A stretch of 64,000 bases of DNA from Octopus sinensis (Eukaryota). The position numbers and the translations under genes are program-made. The notes below the pieces were generated by a model, which did not search any database, had not been told where the DNA came from, and worked only from the letters and a program-made list of their open reading frames with translations. The DNA is taken from the NCBI RefSeq assembly GCF_006345805.1, contig NC_042997.1, positions 70,060,001 to 70,124,000 of the forward strand, given 5' to 3'. Below are positions 27,076 through 41,480 of this stretch, piece after piece (the first letter of the stretch is position 1; every line of letters starts with the position of its first letter).

Positions 27076-27521
27076 TAACATAGACGTCAAATCACCATTA
27101 CCACGAAGAATGTGTTCTCAAGAAAAAAAAATCTCAGCAAAACGCCAAAATGTAAAAAAGAGCAAGACAAATGAAAACATACGAAACAAAAACGATTACC
27201 TACGTACCAATTGGTTTCACTTGTTAATATATACGTATATAAACACGCAGATACCTGAAAGATCGTCAGCTTAGTCTGTGGCTTACAAAACACAATTTCC
27301 ACTACTAAAAACAGAGCGCTCGACCGAAATCGAGTATGTATAAAGTTCTAACAAATTATATTTGTGTGCATCCTTCCAAATGCCTTCACTTTGGTGCACT
27401 TTGGCATTCCTTTATATTTAGTGGTCATTCCTCTATATTTTGTATGTAACACAATTTTTTATTTTCGGATTTTTTAAATATGCTAAGCCACTGGTTTTAA
27501 TTGATTAACATCAGATTCTAC

Positions 27522-27563
<42 letters not shown>

Positions 27564-27566
<3 letters not shown>

Positions 27567-27920
27567 CGCAGGAGTGGGTGTGTGGTAAGTAGCTCGCTAA
27601 CCAACCACATGGTTCCGGATTCAGTCCCACTGCGTGGCAAGTGTCTTCTGCTATAGCCCCGGGCCGACCAATGCCTTGTGAGTGGATTTGGTAGACGGAA
27701 ACTGAAAGAAGCCTGTCGTATATATATATATATATGTATTGTGTGTTTGTGTGTCCGTGTTTGTCCCCCTAGCATTGCTTGACAACCGATGCTGGTGTGT
27801 TTACGATAGAATAAGTACTGGGCTTACAACGAATAAGTCCCGGGGTCGATTTGCTCGACTAAAGGCGCTGCTCCAGCATGGCCGCAGTCAAATGACTGAA
27901 ACAAGTAAAAGAGTAAAGAG
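27564..27920 (+). mobile_element. tRNA-derived SINE, long family, near full length
   Basis: GGCGCAGGAGTGGGTGTGTGGTAAG head, GGATTCAGTCCC B-box-like motif, central (TA)n(TG)n tract, and GACTGAAACAAGTAAAAGAG tail. Confidence 0.9.
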
Positions 27921-27939
27921 TATATATATATATATATAT

Positions 27940-29369
<1,430 letters not shown>

Positions 29370-29446
29370 TATGTATGTGTATATGTATGTAGGTATACAC
29401 AAACGCACACACACGCACACACACCACACACACACACCACACACAC

Positions 29447-29496
<50 letters not shown>

Positions 29497-29500
<4 letters not shown>

Positions 29501-30820
29501 TGTATCGCATTATTCAGTTTATTTCAAGAGTTCTTGTCAATAGAGAAATAACCGGTTTCTAACCTAGATCCCGGTTCCTTCACTGGAATTTCAACATCAA
29601 CAACCGAGTATTTTTCTTTGTATATATGTATGTAAGTATTATGTGTGTATGTATGTATATAAGTATGTATGTATGTATGTATGTATGTATGTATGTATGT
29701 ATGTATGTATGTATGTATGTATGTATGTATGTATGTGTGTATGTATTCTCATTCTTGTAGTTACATATCTAGACATGCTCATGTATATCTAAATGACAAA
29801 CTCCTGGAAAGTTTTACAGATTTTTACAGTTCCAGTGATGGATTGGATCTGTGGTCATCGAATTAGCTTTCTCCTTTCTGGTTTTGAGAAGCCTAATTTC
29901 TCAAGATTGGTATTTAGGCAGTGTATTATATATCTTAGGACACCATTAATTACAGGTATAAACGTGAACTTGTAATCTGGATATAGTAGCTGCAGATTTC
30001 TCAATAGTTCAGCATAGGTGTTCTCTTTTTCACTAATCTTCAACTAGGCAGCTAATTTCTACAACTGTGCACACTTTCTCTTCTCTAAAATCATTATATC
30101 AGGTCTGTTGCGCTCACATTTTATTGAAGTCTTCACTGGTACATTATACTAGTATTCCATTTTGTTATGAGTGGCTCTGGCTTCTACCATCTTCTGAGTT
30201 TTTATTTCTTTATTCTCAGGACTATCCTTCCGACGGTTTTCATTATAGAGTGTCCTAGCTACAACGTCATGGCTCATCGGTAGATAAATACCGTGATGAC
30301 ATTTTTGGACAAATGCTAATGATGTGGGTGATATCTCTAAAGTGAACTCCACAAAGTCTGTATCAGTTGTCACATTTTACGGCTTTTCCCGCAACTCTAT
30401 CTCTTTTTTGCATCAGGTACTTGGTTGATATTTCCTGTTCCTTGATTGCAAACGCATAGCCTTCAAATTAGGAGGGAGTAATCTGGCTATTCGTCCATGA
30501 TAAACTGCTTTGATGATCGATGTTACTATCATCACGGAGCTTTCTAGTAACATGTTTATGCATAGTCTTCTGCTCAAAAAAGCTCATGCTTTCATCTGAT
30601 GATACATTGCGGTAGAGTTGTGCGACTTCTTTGGGCATGTATTCTAGGTCATCAGACAAAGAGTGTTGCTCATGGAGCTGCCTTCCAAGTCTTATGACGT
30701 CATCAGCCTCATGTATGCCAACTTGGACAAGGGATGCACTTCGACGCTTGGTGGTTAAAAGATGTTGCCCAAGGAATATGATGCGACCTTCAAAGGCACT
30801 TTGTATCAATGTTAAGCTTT
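29497..30820 (-). mobile_element. R4/Dong-like LINE fragment, copy 2 (tandem duplicate)
   Basis: Near-identical to 28049-29369 at an offset of 1448-1450; the ORF track gives identical peptides for both copies. Confidence 0.75.
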
Positions 30821-30874
30821 ATGTATGTGTATATGTATGTAGGTATACACAAACGCACACACACGCACACACAC

Positions 30875-30908
<34 letters not shown>

Positions 30909-30927
30909 GATAGATAGATAGATAGAC

Positions 30928-31004
<77 letters not shown>

Positions 31005-31611
31005 TGCATATATTTGTGTGTATGTGTGTATGTGTGCATGTCTGTATATATGCATGCGTGTGTGTATGAAATACCGGTGTCGTAAATACTATTATGATAA
31101 ATTTTCCCATTTAACAGAGTTTTATTTTGTTTCCGGCTAAAATTGTCACACAATAATACCAGAAGAGAACGGGAATACATTCGCTACACAGAATATTTCT
31201 GTACTAAAAATTACTGGATTCCTAGAAGTTAAAATATATAAAACAGTAAATATTAGCTTTCACAAAACTGCCATAAAATACAGATGGTACAGAATATCGA
31301 TTGAAATACGTCACACATGTTCCAATCACCTCACCATGTGATGAGAGCTTTATTATTTAATATCAAGGTGTATCAGGTGATTGCACTGTGTTCAAAGTTT
31401 TCTCTTCTGTATTGTATTTTATTAGTTGTCTTTACAAAACGGCTTACAAATATGTTCACCCCTTTATGCACATGCCCTAAAAATATGGAAATATGTCAAG
31501 CCCGCCGAAGTCAAAATTTATTTATCAAGCAACAATAACTATGAATGCTTTCCAATCGTGGCAATGGGCCTTTTTTATGGAATTGAAATTATATTTTATT
31601 TATTTATTTAT

Positions 31612-32000
31612 TTACTCTCTATACTCTTTACTCTTTTATTTGTTTCAGTCATTTTGACTTCGGCCATGCTGGAGCACCGCCTTTAGTTGAGCAAATCGAC
31701 CCTCAGGACTTATTCTTTGTAAGCCTAGTAGTTATTCTATCGGATTCTGTTGCAGAGCCGCTAAGTTACGGGGACGTAAACACACCACCATCGGTTGTCA
31801 AGGGATGTTGGGGTGACAAACACAGACACACAAACATACACACACATACATAAATACATATATATATATATATAATAATTAGATATATATATATACTTAT
31901 ATACGACGGGCTTCTTTCAGTTTTCGTCTACCAAATTCACTCACAAGGCTTGCCATGTGGTTGGTAAGCAAGCTACTTACCATACAGCCACTCTTGCGCC
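31612..32000 (-). mobile_element. tRNA-derived SINE, long family, near full length
   Basis: Reverse complement is colinear with 27564-27920, including the central microsatellite. Confidence 0.9.
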
Positions 32001-32349
32001 TATTCAAAATAAATATGTGTAAATGAACCAATTCTTCAGGCGGAAGAATGCATAAAACACTACGATTCAAAATAAATAGAGTAGCGCAGTGCTTGATTGT
32101 CTCTGTCCATGTGCATAAAAGAAAAGAAGGAATAACTGATAGTTATCAGGCTCTTGGATAACGTTAGGTCCGGGAACAGAGGGTACAGGGGGTACAAGTG
32201 CAACGCCTAAAAGCTTTGTGGGGTGCAAAATCAAAATTTGCACCCTCACTTGCATATGATTATGGCTAAGTAGCTTGGAGAGGAAAATAAACATTAATAA
32301 ATTATAATTATCATAAACTATAATATCATTATCATTAATTTTGATTTAA

Positions 32350-32549
32350 GGCGGTGAGCTGGCAGAGTCGTTAGGACGCTGGACGAAATGCTTAGCGGTA
32401 TTTCGCCCGTCGCTACGTTCTGAGTTCAATTTCCGTCGCGGTCGACTTTGTCCTTCATCGAGTTCGATAAATTAAGTACCAGTTGTGTACTGGGGTCGAT
32501 CTGGGCCCGCCCTCAAAATTTCGGGCCTTATTTCTAGAGTAGAAAAGAT
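32350..32549 (+). mobile_element. tRNA-derived SINE, short family
   Basis: GGCGGTGAGCTGGCAGAGTCGTTAG head, GAGTTCAATTTCC, GGTCGACTTTGTCCTTCATC core and CTAGAGTAGAAAAGAT tail. Confidence 0.85.
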
Positions 32550-33676
32550 CTTTAATTTTGATTGTATTGTTCTGTATTCGAGTCAAAAGAGATTTCAACG
32601 AAAATATGAAAACTGAAAGTTTGAGAAAAGAAGGGAATGATCAGGCTGGAAAGCTTTAATTCGTTACAATAGGAAATATTCTTTGAATCCATAAAAACTA
32701 CACCTATTTGTGTAACAAAATTTGTAAAAAATCCTTAAGAATAAATGAGTCACCATTGGTGCGCTTTCGTTCTTAACAGTCAGGGAGGAAATATTTGAAC
32801 TTAAAAAAGCCTCTGTTTTCAGGCAATTTTCATCCTTACAAACTGGTTAATAAAATGACAAAAATTGTTTCATTTACTGATGAATTTATCAAATTGGTGA
32901 CCTGACAGTTGAAATTTGAGTATTTCTAGCGAATGCGCAATGAACAATGTGAATTGAAGATTTTATTTTTGCCGGTCTTGTAACTTGGTTATTATTAGAA
33001 CAATATCTTTTTTAATACCACAAATATTTTTACGTGTAAGAGAAATGGAAGAGAGTGCCCGGGAATGGGTGCGTGGTTAGGTTTTCTTGGCAATTACACA
33101 ATTCTCGGTTCGAAACCAAGAAAGGATAATTGGATATGAAATCAGATTGCCCAATATCACATCTCTATCTCTCTCTCGTTCTCTCTCTTTTCCCCCTCTC
33201 TCTTACTGATTATGTGTGTGTGTGCGTGCGTATGTGTTTGTGCGTATGTGTGTGTGTGCTTGCGCATGTGTGCGTGTATGCGCGTGCGTCTGTGAGAATG
33301 TGTATATATGTATGTAAGTATATGATTACATGCATATATAATCATATATCCATAACAGACACGAGTAGTTTTCGTCAGAGTGATCCATATATGCACGTAG
33401 CTAAGAATACATATGTATGTACATGTATATATACGTAGATACACATGTACATACGCGCGCACACATACATTTATAAGTTCACTCATATATATTTACATGT
33501 ATTAATATATATGTATGTATATATATATAGATATATATATATGTCTATATACACACATATATATGTCTATACATATATACATAAATATATATATATATAG
33601 ATATATGTATATATATATATACATATATATATATATTTATATATATATATATATATATACATACATACATACATAC

Positions 33677-33749
<73 letters not shown>

Positions 33750-34245
33750 CAATTTTCAACTAATGAGGTGTCAGTGTGAATGTACAGTTGACGTGGTTTC
33801 AGTACTATAGAATTTAGGAGGCTAAAGCAGAGGCGGCCAACCACAAAATAAGGGAGAACAAAAATATCAATTTTAAAAGAGAATAGGATGCAGAGCAACA
33901 AGGATATGCAGAGCGATAGCTGGGAAATGCCTACAATTAAATACATGTATACCTTCGTGACTAGCACATTTCTAGGATGTGTCATATTAAACTAACAAGC
34001 GGCTATGAAAGCAGCTGATATTATTTTTATCTTTTTTTTTTATGACAGCCAGCAGGTAAATAGATAGAACCAAGAAAAATTTGATTCACCAATAAATTGT
34101 CATCCTCGCAGTATATATATATATGTATATCATCTTAGCAAATGAAAAGAAGAACTGTAAGCTTGTTAAAATTCATATACACAGACGCAAATTCAAGCTC
34201 ATATTCACGTATACGTAACTATGTGTATGTATGTATGTGATATAT

Positions 34246-34332
<87 letters not shown>

Positions 34333-34880
34333 CATAAACATACACGCATACCTATATAAATATACAAATAAATCTATTGATACATAGGTACATAGGGAAA
34401 ATTGCATAGTAATTATATATGTTTACGTATGCATGTATATATATTTTATATATATATACACGCACACTATTGCACGTAAATGTCTCCTCTCCTTGATTGG
34501 AGTTTTAACGTCTATTCTGACTGGCCAACTGTTTGGGGGTAAGTTCTTCAAGAAAGTTAAATATTGGCTTGCATGAATGTTCCTTTTTTTGGTGTGTATA
34601 TATGTGCTTACAATTGTATATATGTTCATATTTATGCTTTGTGGTAGTCATTCGATTTTTGCATGCCAAACTTTTATATAAACTTTTGTATATATCATGT
34701 TGTCAAGAACCAACTATTCCGCGACGACGGTCTGTTAAATCCAAACTAATGCAGAAGTGCGCAGTGCAGAAAGATTCATGCTCAAATAGACAAAGAAAAT
34801 TCCTTCAAGTACATAGTGCACATATGCATACACGTGTATGTGTGTGTACAAACATGCATACTTTCACATATTTATGCATG

Positions 34881-34938
<58 letters not shown>

Positions 34939-35343
34939 CCATATATATATACATATATATACATAAATGTATTCGTGCGCCCACATATATACACAGAGAT
35001 ACATTCATACACCCGCAGGTATATATACATTCGCACGTGCACACGTATTCATGCATATTCTTATATACGTATACATATACAAACATGCATAAATACATAT
35101 GCAGACACACACACATGCATACACACACACACACACACACCACACACACACACACACACGCACACATATATATATATATATATGTACTCTTCTTACCCAT
35201 CACACCTAAAAAGAAATTAATATACATCTAAATTGGTTAATTAATGGCAATTTGTAACGAAATATTAAATTATTGGCTTTACGCCATAGCGTTTCAAAAA
35301 AAAGAATATATACATACATATATATATACACACATATATATAT

Positions 35344-35391
<48 letters not shown>

Positions 35392-35664
35392 TATGTTTAT
35401 GTTTTCCAGTTTCAGCTCTTGAGCTGTGGGCATGCTGGGGCACCGCCATTTAAAATATGAGGTCTCACCGAGACCTCATATATATATTCACGCACACATA
35501 CATGCATACACACATACATAGGTACATACATACGCCTGTACACACACACACACACGCATATATATATATATGCATGCTCGCAGACACACACACATGTAAA
35601 TAAAATTTCTATATATGTGTGTGTCAAAATCTATGCATGCACATACGCACATACACATTTACAC

Positions 35665-35699
<35 letters not shown>

Positions 35700-35988
35700 C
35701 ACACATACACACACACACACACAACATATATGTGTTGCGTGTACATACATGTTCTTGCGTATACATACATACGTAGAATCACATATACGTACATATGTGG
35801 TTATACATGCATACAGACACGCATAAATATATAAAAATATATAGGCATGTTTAGTTATATCTACGTATACACACATAGATACATATATCTCAGCAAGAAT
35901 ATATACACACACACGTTGATACCTACGCATACAGACCTACACACATACGCGCGCGCGCACACACATACACAAACACACACACAAAGAA

Positions 35989-36035
<47 letters not shown>

Positions 36036-36749
36036 CGTAGGTGAGCAACAATATAGGCGTGCGTATTCATGTGTACGTGCATCTGGTCATATGTGTGTGT
36101 GCGCGTGTGTGTACAAATCAAAAAAGCATATAGAAACACATATGTATGCACTTCTGCATTTATTCTTTCACTCGTTATATATATATATATATATATTCGT
36201 TTTACGCGCAAGAAAAATGAAATATGTCTTTCACATTTCGAGCCTTCGCACTTGAACAGAAAGGAAAGAGGAGAGAAAACAGATAAAGAAAGAAACTGAG
36301 CTCTACATCACCAAAATCAAGGTAGTCGACTTTTCTGAAATGTACCTATGTACGTACGTAATTACGTACGTTCGATGTATGTGTGTGTGTATGTATGTAT
36401 GTATGTATGTATGTATGTATGTATGTATGTATGTATGTATGTATGTATGTATGTATGCATGCATGTGGGCATGTGTGCATGTGTGCATGTGTGTATGTCT
36501 GTATGTATCGATGTATGTATGTATGTATGGATGGATGTATCTTTGCATGTTCGCATGTGTGTATGTATGTATGTATACGTACATGTAAATGTCATTGACA
36601 TATGCTCGTTTGTATCGAAAGTGTGCCATCCAGATTATCTTTCCAATTTATCTTCCTATTGAATTAACTACAAACATAGTACCCAGTTACAATTGGTTTT
36701 GTACGGTTTACTGAAACAGTAAATATCGATTTCTTTATTAATTTTTCAG

Positions 36750-36811
36750 AATGAAAAGACGTCAAACGTCATGCCTGAGTGCCTCCTTCAATTCACCTGC
36801 ATAATAAACAG
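36750..36811 (+). other. Candidate internal exon, 62 nt
   Basis: Acceptor TTTCTTTATTAATTTTTCAG and donor CAG|GTAACA. One fully open frame: NEKTSNVMPECLLQFTCIIN. Confidence 0.3.
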
Positions 36812-37004
36812 GTAACAGCTAAAATATAATATAAAAGCCGGCGAAATTTCATATGCTGCGCTCAGTTATAAAGATATAAATGAAAGTGTAGTGCACTTAA
36901 ATATGGAAGCTGTGCATACTCTCCATGATGAAAAGAGATACTTATAAACATACATACATACATACATACATATGCGTATACACATATAAATGAAGAAAAT
37001 ATAC

Positions 37005-37787
37005 GGTAAATAAACAAACGACATAACGTATACCGAGAGTACAACCGGACAGGAGACAAACACAGAAGGTCCCTAATTCTTCATCAATTGTCAACAAATT
37101 GTTAATGCTCAGTTTTGCACCATTAATGATAAGACACGACTTTCCATCATGGCGGACACTTTAGGGGCGAGAGCAAATAAAACAAAGCAAAACAACAGAG
37201 AGTGGACATACGGAAGTGAATAAGTGGGATTTAGGACCATGAGCAAGGACGAACAAACGAAAAATATATGGCCTTAGGGCCAAAAAGGAGGATAGAGAAC
37301 GGAGAGACAGAGAATTTGCTACAGGTCAGGTTTCGGGACCAGTATGAGAAAGGGAGAGAAAGAGAGGAAGGAAAGCTGGCCGTGGGTCGCTTGATAACAG
37401 TAGGCGGAGGAGAAAGACAGCAAGAGATAGGGTGAGAGAGCAACAGAAAGAAAAAAAACAAGGTAAGGGATGAAGGGAGAAAAAAGAGAAAAAAGAAAGG
37501 CTAGAAATACAAGAGAGAGGGAGAAAGAGAAAAGGAGGAAGTGCAAAGGCTAGAATAGAAGTGAGAGGGTGAGATAAATAAAAGGAAAAAGAGTGAAAGC
37601 AAGAGAGAATCACGCGCGTTTATAAAAAACTCACAATTCGGTGTTCGTTGCGTTCCATTACTTAATAAATGCAAAATGCATGGTAAATAACAACGACATA
37701 ACGTATACTGAGTGTAAAGCCGAACGAGTAACGAACACAGAAGGCCCTTAATACTTTATCAGTTATCAACCATTTGGTAATACTCAG
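37005..37787 (-). mobile_element. Penelope-like pLTR-type repeat with direct terminal repeats (inferred)
   Basis: 37005-37112 and 37682-37787 are ~107-bp direct repeats at roughly 80% identity by eye. 37201-37223 matches 63255-63277 in reverse at 22 of 23 positions. Ends in (TA)n. Confidence 0.5.
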
Positions 37788-37792
37788 TATAT

Positions 37793-37900
<108 letters not shown>

Positions 37901-38184
37901 CGCCGAATTGTATATAGATACAAATACAAATAAAATAATAATTTATTTTTGAACCTACCATTTCTGCTGTTCTAACTGGATCCCTGCGTTCGAAAATAGA
38001 TAATCATAAAATTATCATCTTATTTGTATCTATATGTATACCGTGTATGTATGTATGTATTTCTGTGTGTGTGTGTGTGTGTGTGAAATCTTTTTACATA
38101 TCTTTTTAATCCTCCAACTGAACGACACACCGTTCCACAGATTGCACATGTTCTGTTGTGAACAATAGCTGTATCATTACTTAC

Positions 38185-38295
38185 AAGGGGTCGATTCCCA
38201 TGGCTTCATAAATTGCTGCCGAGCTTAAGCATTGCCTTCAACAAATCACACACGTGGCACCAGCACCACTCTTTATCCAAGCGGAGTGGAGGGGG
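38185..38295 (-). other. Candidate exon with a possible start codon
   Basis: Acceptor ACTTTTGCAG and donor GTAAGT. All three frames have stops, but GCCATGG at 38201 opens MGIDP into the donor. Confidence 0.3.
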
Positions 38296-38717
38296 CTGCA
38301 AAAGTTCATAACTTGATAAACTTCCTTTTGATAAACTTTCATTTGAAGTTTCAAGTGAAAGAAAAATTCATCAATAGCCGATAGTACTAAAATTTTTGCT
38401 GTAAGGTATTTTAACGAAAGTAGAAAAGGAGGAAAAAGAAGAAAAAAGGTAACTATTGTGGAAATGTCATGATCTGAGAAAAATGCTAAAAAAATTATAA
38501 ATAAAATTTTAAACCTGCTATTTTCCCTGCAAAATGCTAGATTCAAAAGTTTTCTACTAAATACTGAAAAAAAATGCTAGATCTAGCATAAAATATGCTA
38601 AATTGAGTTCTTTTGCCGTACACAAGTACACAAACACAGAAACACATACACACACAGAAATTTCTGTGCGAGAATGTGTATGTATATATATATATGATAT
38701 TGTGTGAGAAACTACTG

Positions 38718-38749
<32 letters not shown>

Positions 38750-38991
38750 ACATGTATATGTACATACATATATATAAATATATACACATGTATATATGTA
38801 TATCTATCTATCTATCTGTGACCGCGTGTGTACCGTTGGCGATTTTTTTCCTCTGTCTTCCCTTCTCTGGATCTTTCCTTCTTTCCTGAGCGTCCAATAA
38901 TACTATATTTGTTCCACGTCCTCGCGTTGTTGTGTGTTTTTTGTGCTTTCTTGTTTGGATTAACTTTACACACACACACATATATCTATGC

Positions 38992-39240
38992 ATTTGAGCG
39001 AGATACTAACAAAACTCCTTGTAACACCAAAGATGAACTTAAAGAAGGAGATCGTCCAGAAGAGTTACAGGAGATTCCAAAGTCCTCTGGAGGCTGTGGT
39101 TGTAGCCAATGGTGATTTTATTGAATAAATTTACTCTTTAGTATTTCAAGATATTTTAATGTAATTTTGGTAAATATATCTGTAAAATGAGATATCTATG
39201 CTATTTTCACTTTTGCGTAATTTAGACGAAAATTTATTCA

Positions 39241-39245
<5 letters not shown>
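38992..39245 (+). mobile_element. Tc1/mariner-superfamily (maT/rosa-like) 3' fragment
   Basis: Peptides ERDTNKTPCNTKDELK and, after a deletion/frameshift, VQKSYRRFQSPLEAVVVANGDFI*, typical of the transposase C-terminus. Confidence 0.7.
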
Positions 39246-39334
<89 letters not shown>

Positions 39335-40136
39335 ATAGAAATATGTTGCAAAAATAAAATAGAAACTACACGTGGAAATATAAGGGTAAAGTAAGAAGAA
39401 CGATAAGCGAAAATGCACATTGGAAATAAAAAATAGTAATGGCTTTTTATGAAAAGTAACGATAGATATATACAATTAGATGAATTGAGGTAGGAATAAA
39501 AGTAATAAAAGTCATTATTGTGAACTGTTAAAGAGATTCAAAAGCATACCGGTTTCGTGAATTTACTAACAATTGCTTTGAATGCACACTGGTGTCCCTG
39601 AGTAAAACAACTATGTGTAATGGAGGTAAGTAGTTCTGGATTTGGTGCAATTAGGGTAGATATAGATCTGTAATGTGAATGGTATATAGGATGTATGGGG
39701 GTTAGTTGTATTAATTGAAATGTTAGTAGTGTTCTGTACTATGTTATGTGTTCATATTGAGTTGTGGAAGATATTTATTGACGAAACTTGCCTCTTTATT
39801 CATTCTTTGTTGTACTGAGGTGTTCTGGGAACATTGATGGAAGGGGAAAATTAGGAAATTAGGATTAAGATTCCTAGCACACCTTTCTATGTGTTCACTA
39901 ACCTATATCTGTCTATATTGTGGGTGGCGGATTTGTTCTTTGTGGAGAGTGGTTCTTCAACGGAATCATATTCCTGTTTGGCCAATATAATTATGACCAC
40001 ACTCTAAACATGTTCGAAAATATGACGACGTAGATAATGCGTCGATAGCCAGCTGGAGACGATGTTTCCTGGTACTAAAGAACATAACATTCCTCCTAAC
40101 CAGGACTGCGACATTATTTTGTGTAAATGATCTTTA

Positions 40137-40171
<35 letters not shown>

Positions 40172-40934
40172 ATGAAGGAAAATAGAGATAAAATAAATCC
40201 AAGCGAATACTTCAAGCTCTTTGTGGAAACAGAACCCGGCTGACTAAATTAGGCGGTTAAAACTCCGCCAAACCGTGTTTTTCATTTTTAATTTATTTTG
40301 ACTGGCAACATTTGCAAAACTGAGGTAGATCACCAATAATTCTCAGCCTATTAATCATATGGTATATTAAATAAATAATTGCATAAAAATGAAGATGCAT
40401 AGTCAGCGATTGATTTAGCTTTCATGTCTCCAATGCAGCCACTGCACACTGCAATATGCATATTTAATCGATCCTTTACTGAGCAACTAGTAACGATGCT
40501 GTTCTTTTGAAAATATATGTTCTATAGGGATTATGGTGTTGATAAGCTATCCATAAGAGACTGTCGTTGCCCAGTGTCGGTTTCATGTTCAAGGGAGTTC
40601 TATACCCACATATGTATATATGTATACGTGTGAGTACATGTGCGTAAGTCTTAGTTTGTTATATATATGTATATATGTATCTGTTTCTAATTCTTGCACC
40701 AACACACAGACACAGACACACACACATACACAACAGCCTGGCTTGGCTCAATATGACTTAAAGTTTCGTAAGGTGCGCAGGATGGCATATCTCGTCGAAT
40801 ATCTGTATGATGAGTCCGTCCTACGCGCCTAGGATACTACGTTGTATGGAGTTGAGGCAAACTATTATTTTTATAAGATGTATGTAATCCCTACAAGTTA
40901 TATTAAGTGTCACTTTCTTTGGTTTTTCCATTTA

Positions 40935-40974
<40 letters not shown>

Positions 40975-40975
<1 letters not shown>

Positions 40976-41480
40976 AACAGGAACTTTTCCATATCGTTAC
41001 GTGGTGGAGTTCTCGTAGCTGAAAAGGATACAGCTTACAGTTTTCTGATTCGTTGACATATGGTGTAGACTTTTCAACTATTTTCCACTTATTTGTATGT
41101 GGTGTGACGTTATACTTCAAACCTTATCCAATTTAATGGCTTTACTTTTGTTACTGTGCCGGAAAGAAGATATGTGGTTAGCATAGCGATTTTTGAAGTC
41201 ACCTTCATATAGCCTGATGTAGCTCTTCTTTTCAGTTATACTATCATCTTGCGTTGCTGTAACTTCTGCTTCATAATGATAGATTTGTAGAATGGGCAGA
41301 GTCTCCACACATACAAATGGGAGTAGGCTCTTGGTGGTGTATGCGTGTGATGATGCTTTCCATATTGGGCAGTAGTCATGCGATAATTTGACTAAGCACA
41401 TTTTGACTATTTTTCTCTACTTGTTTCGAAAATCTATCAAGGCTGTTTTGCATGTTTTAAATTTGCGGACAAATATTTAA
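40975..41480 (-). mobile_element. Penelope-like element: RT C-terminus and GIY-YIG endonuclease, decayed
   Basis: Peptides CPNMESII, IYHYEAEVT..KKSYIRLYEGDFKNRYANHISSFRH and KWKIVEKSTPYVNESENCKL fit the PLE GIY-YIG domain; frameshifted. Confidence 0.85.

Noticed and set aside
34533-35231. Longest ORF in the window (232 aa)
   Set aside because: It starts at a TTG rather than ATG, is mostly microsatellite, and has no recognisable domain.
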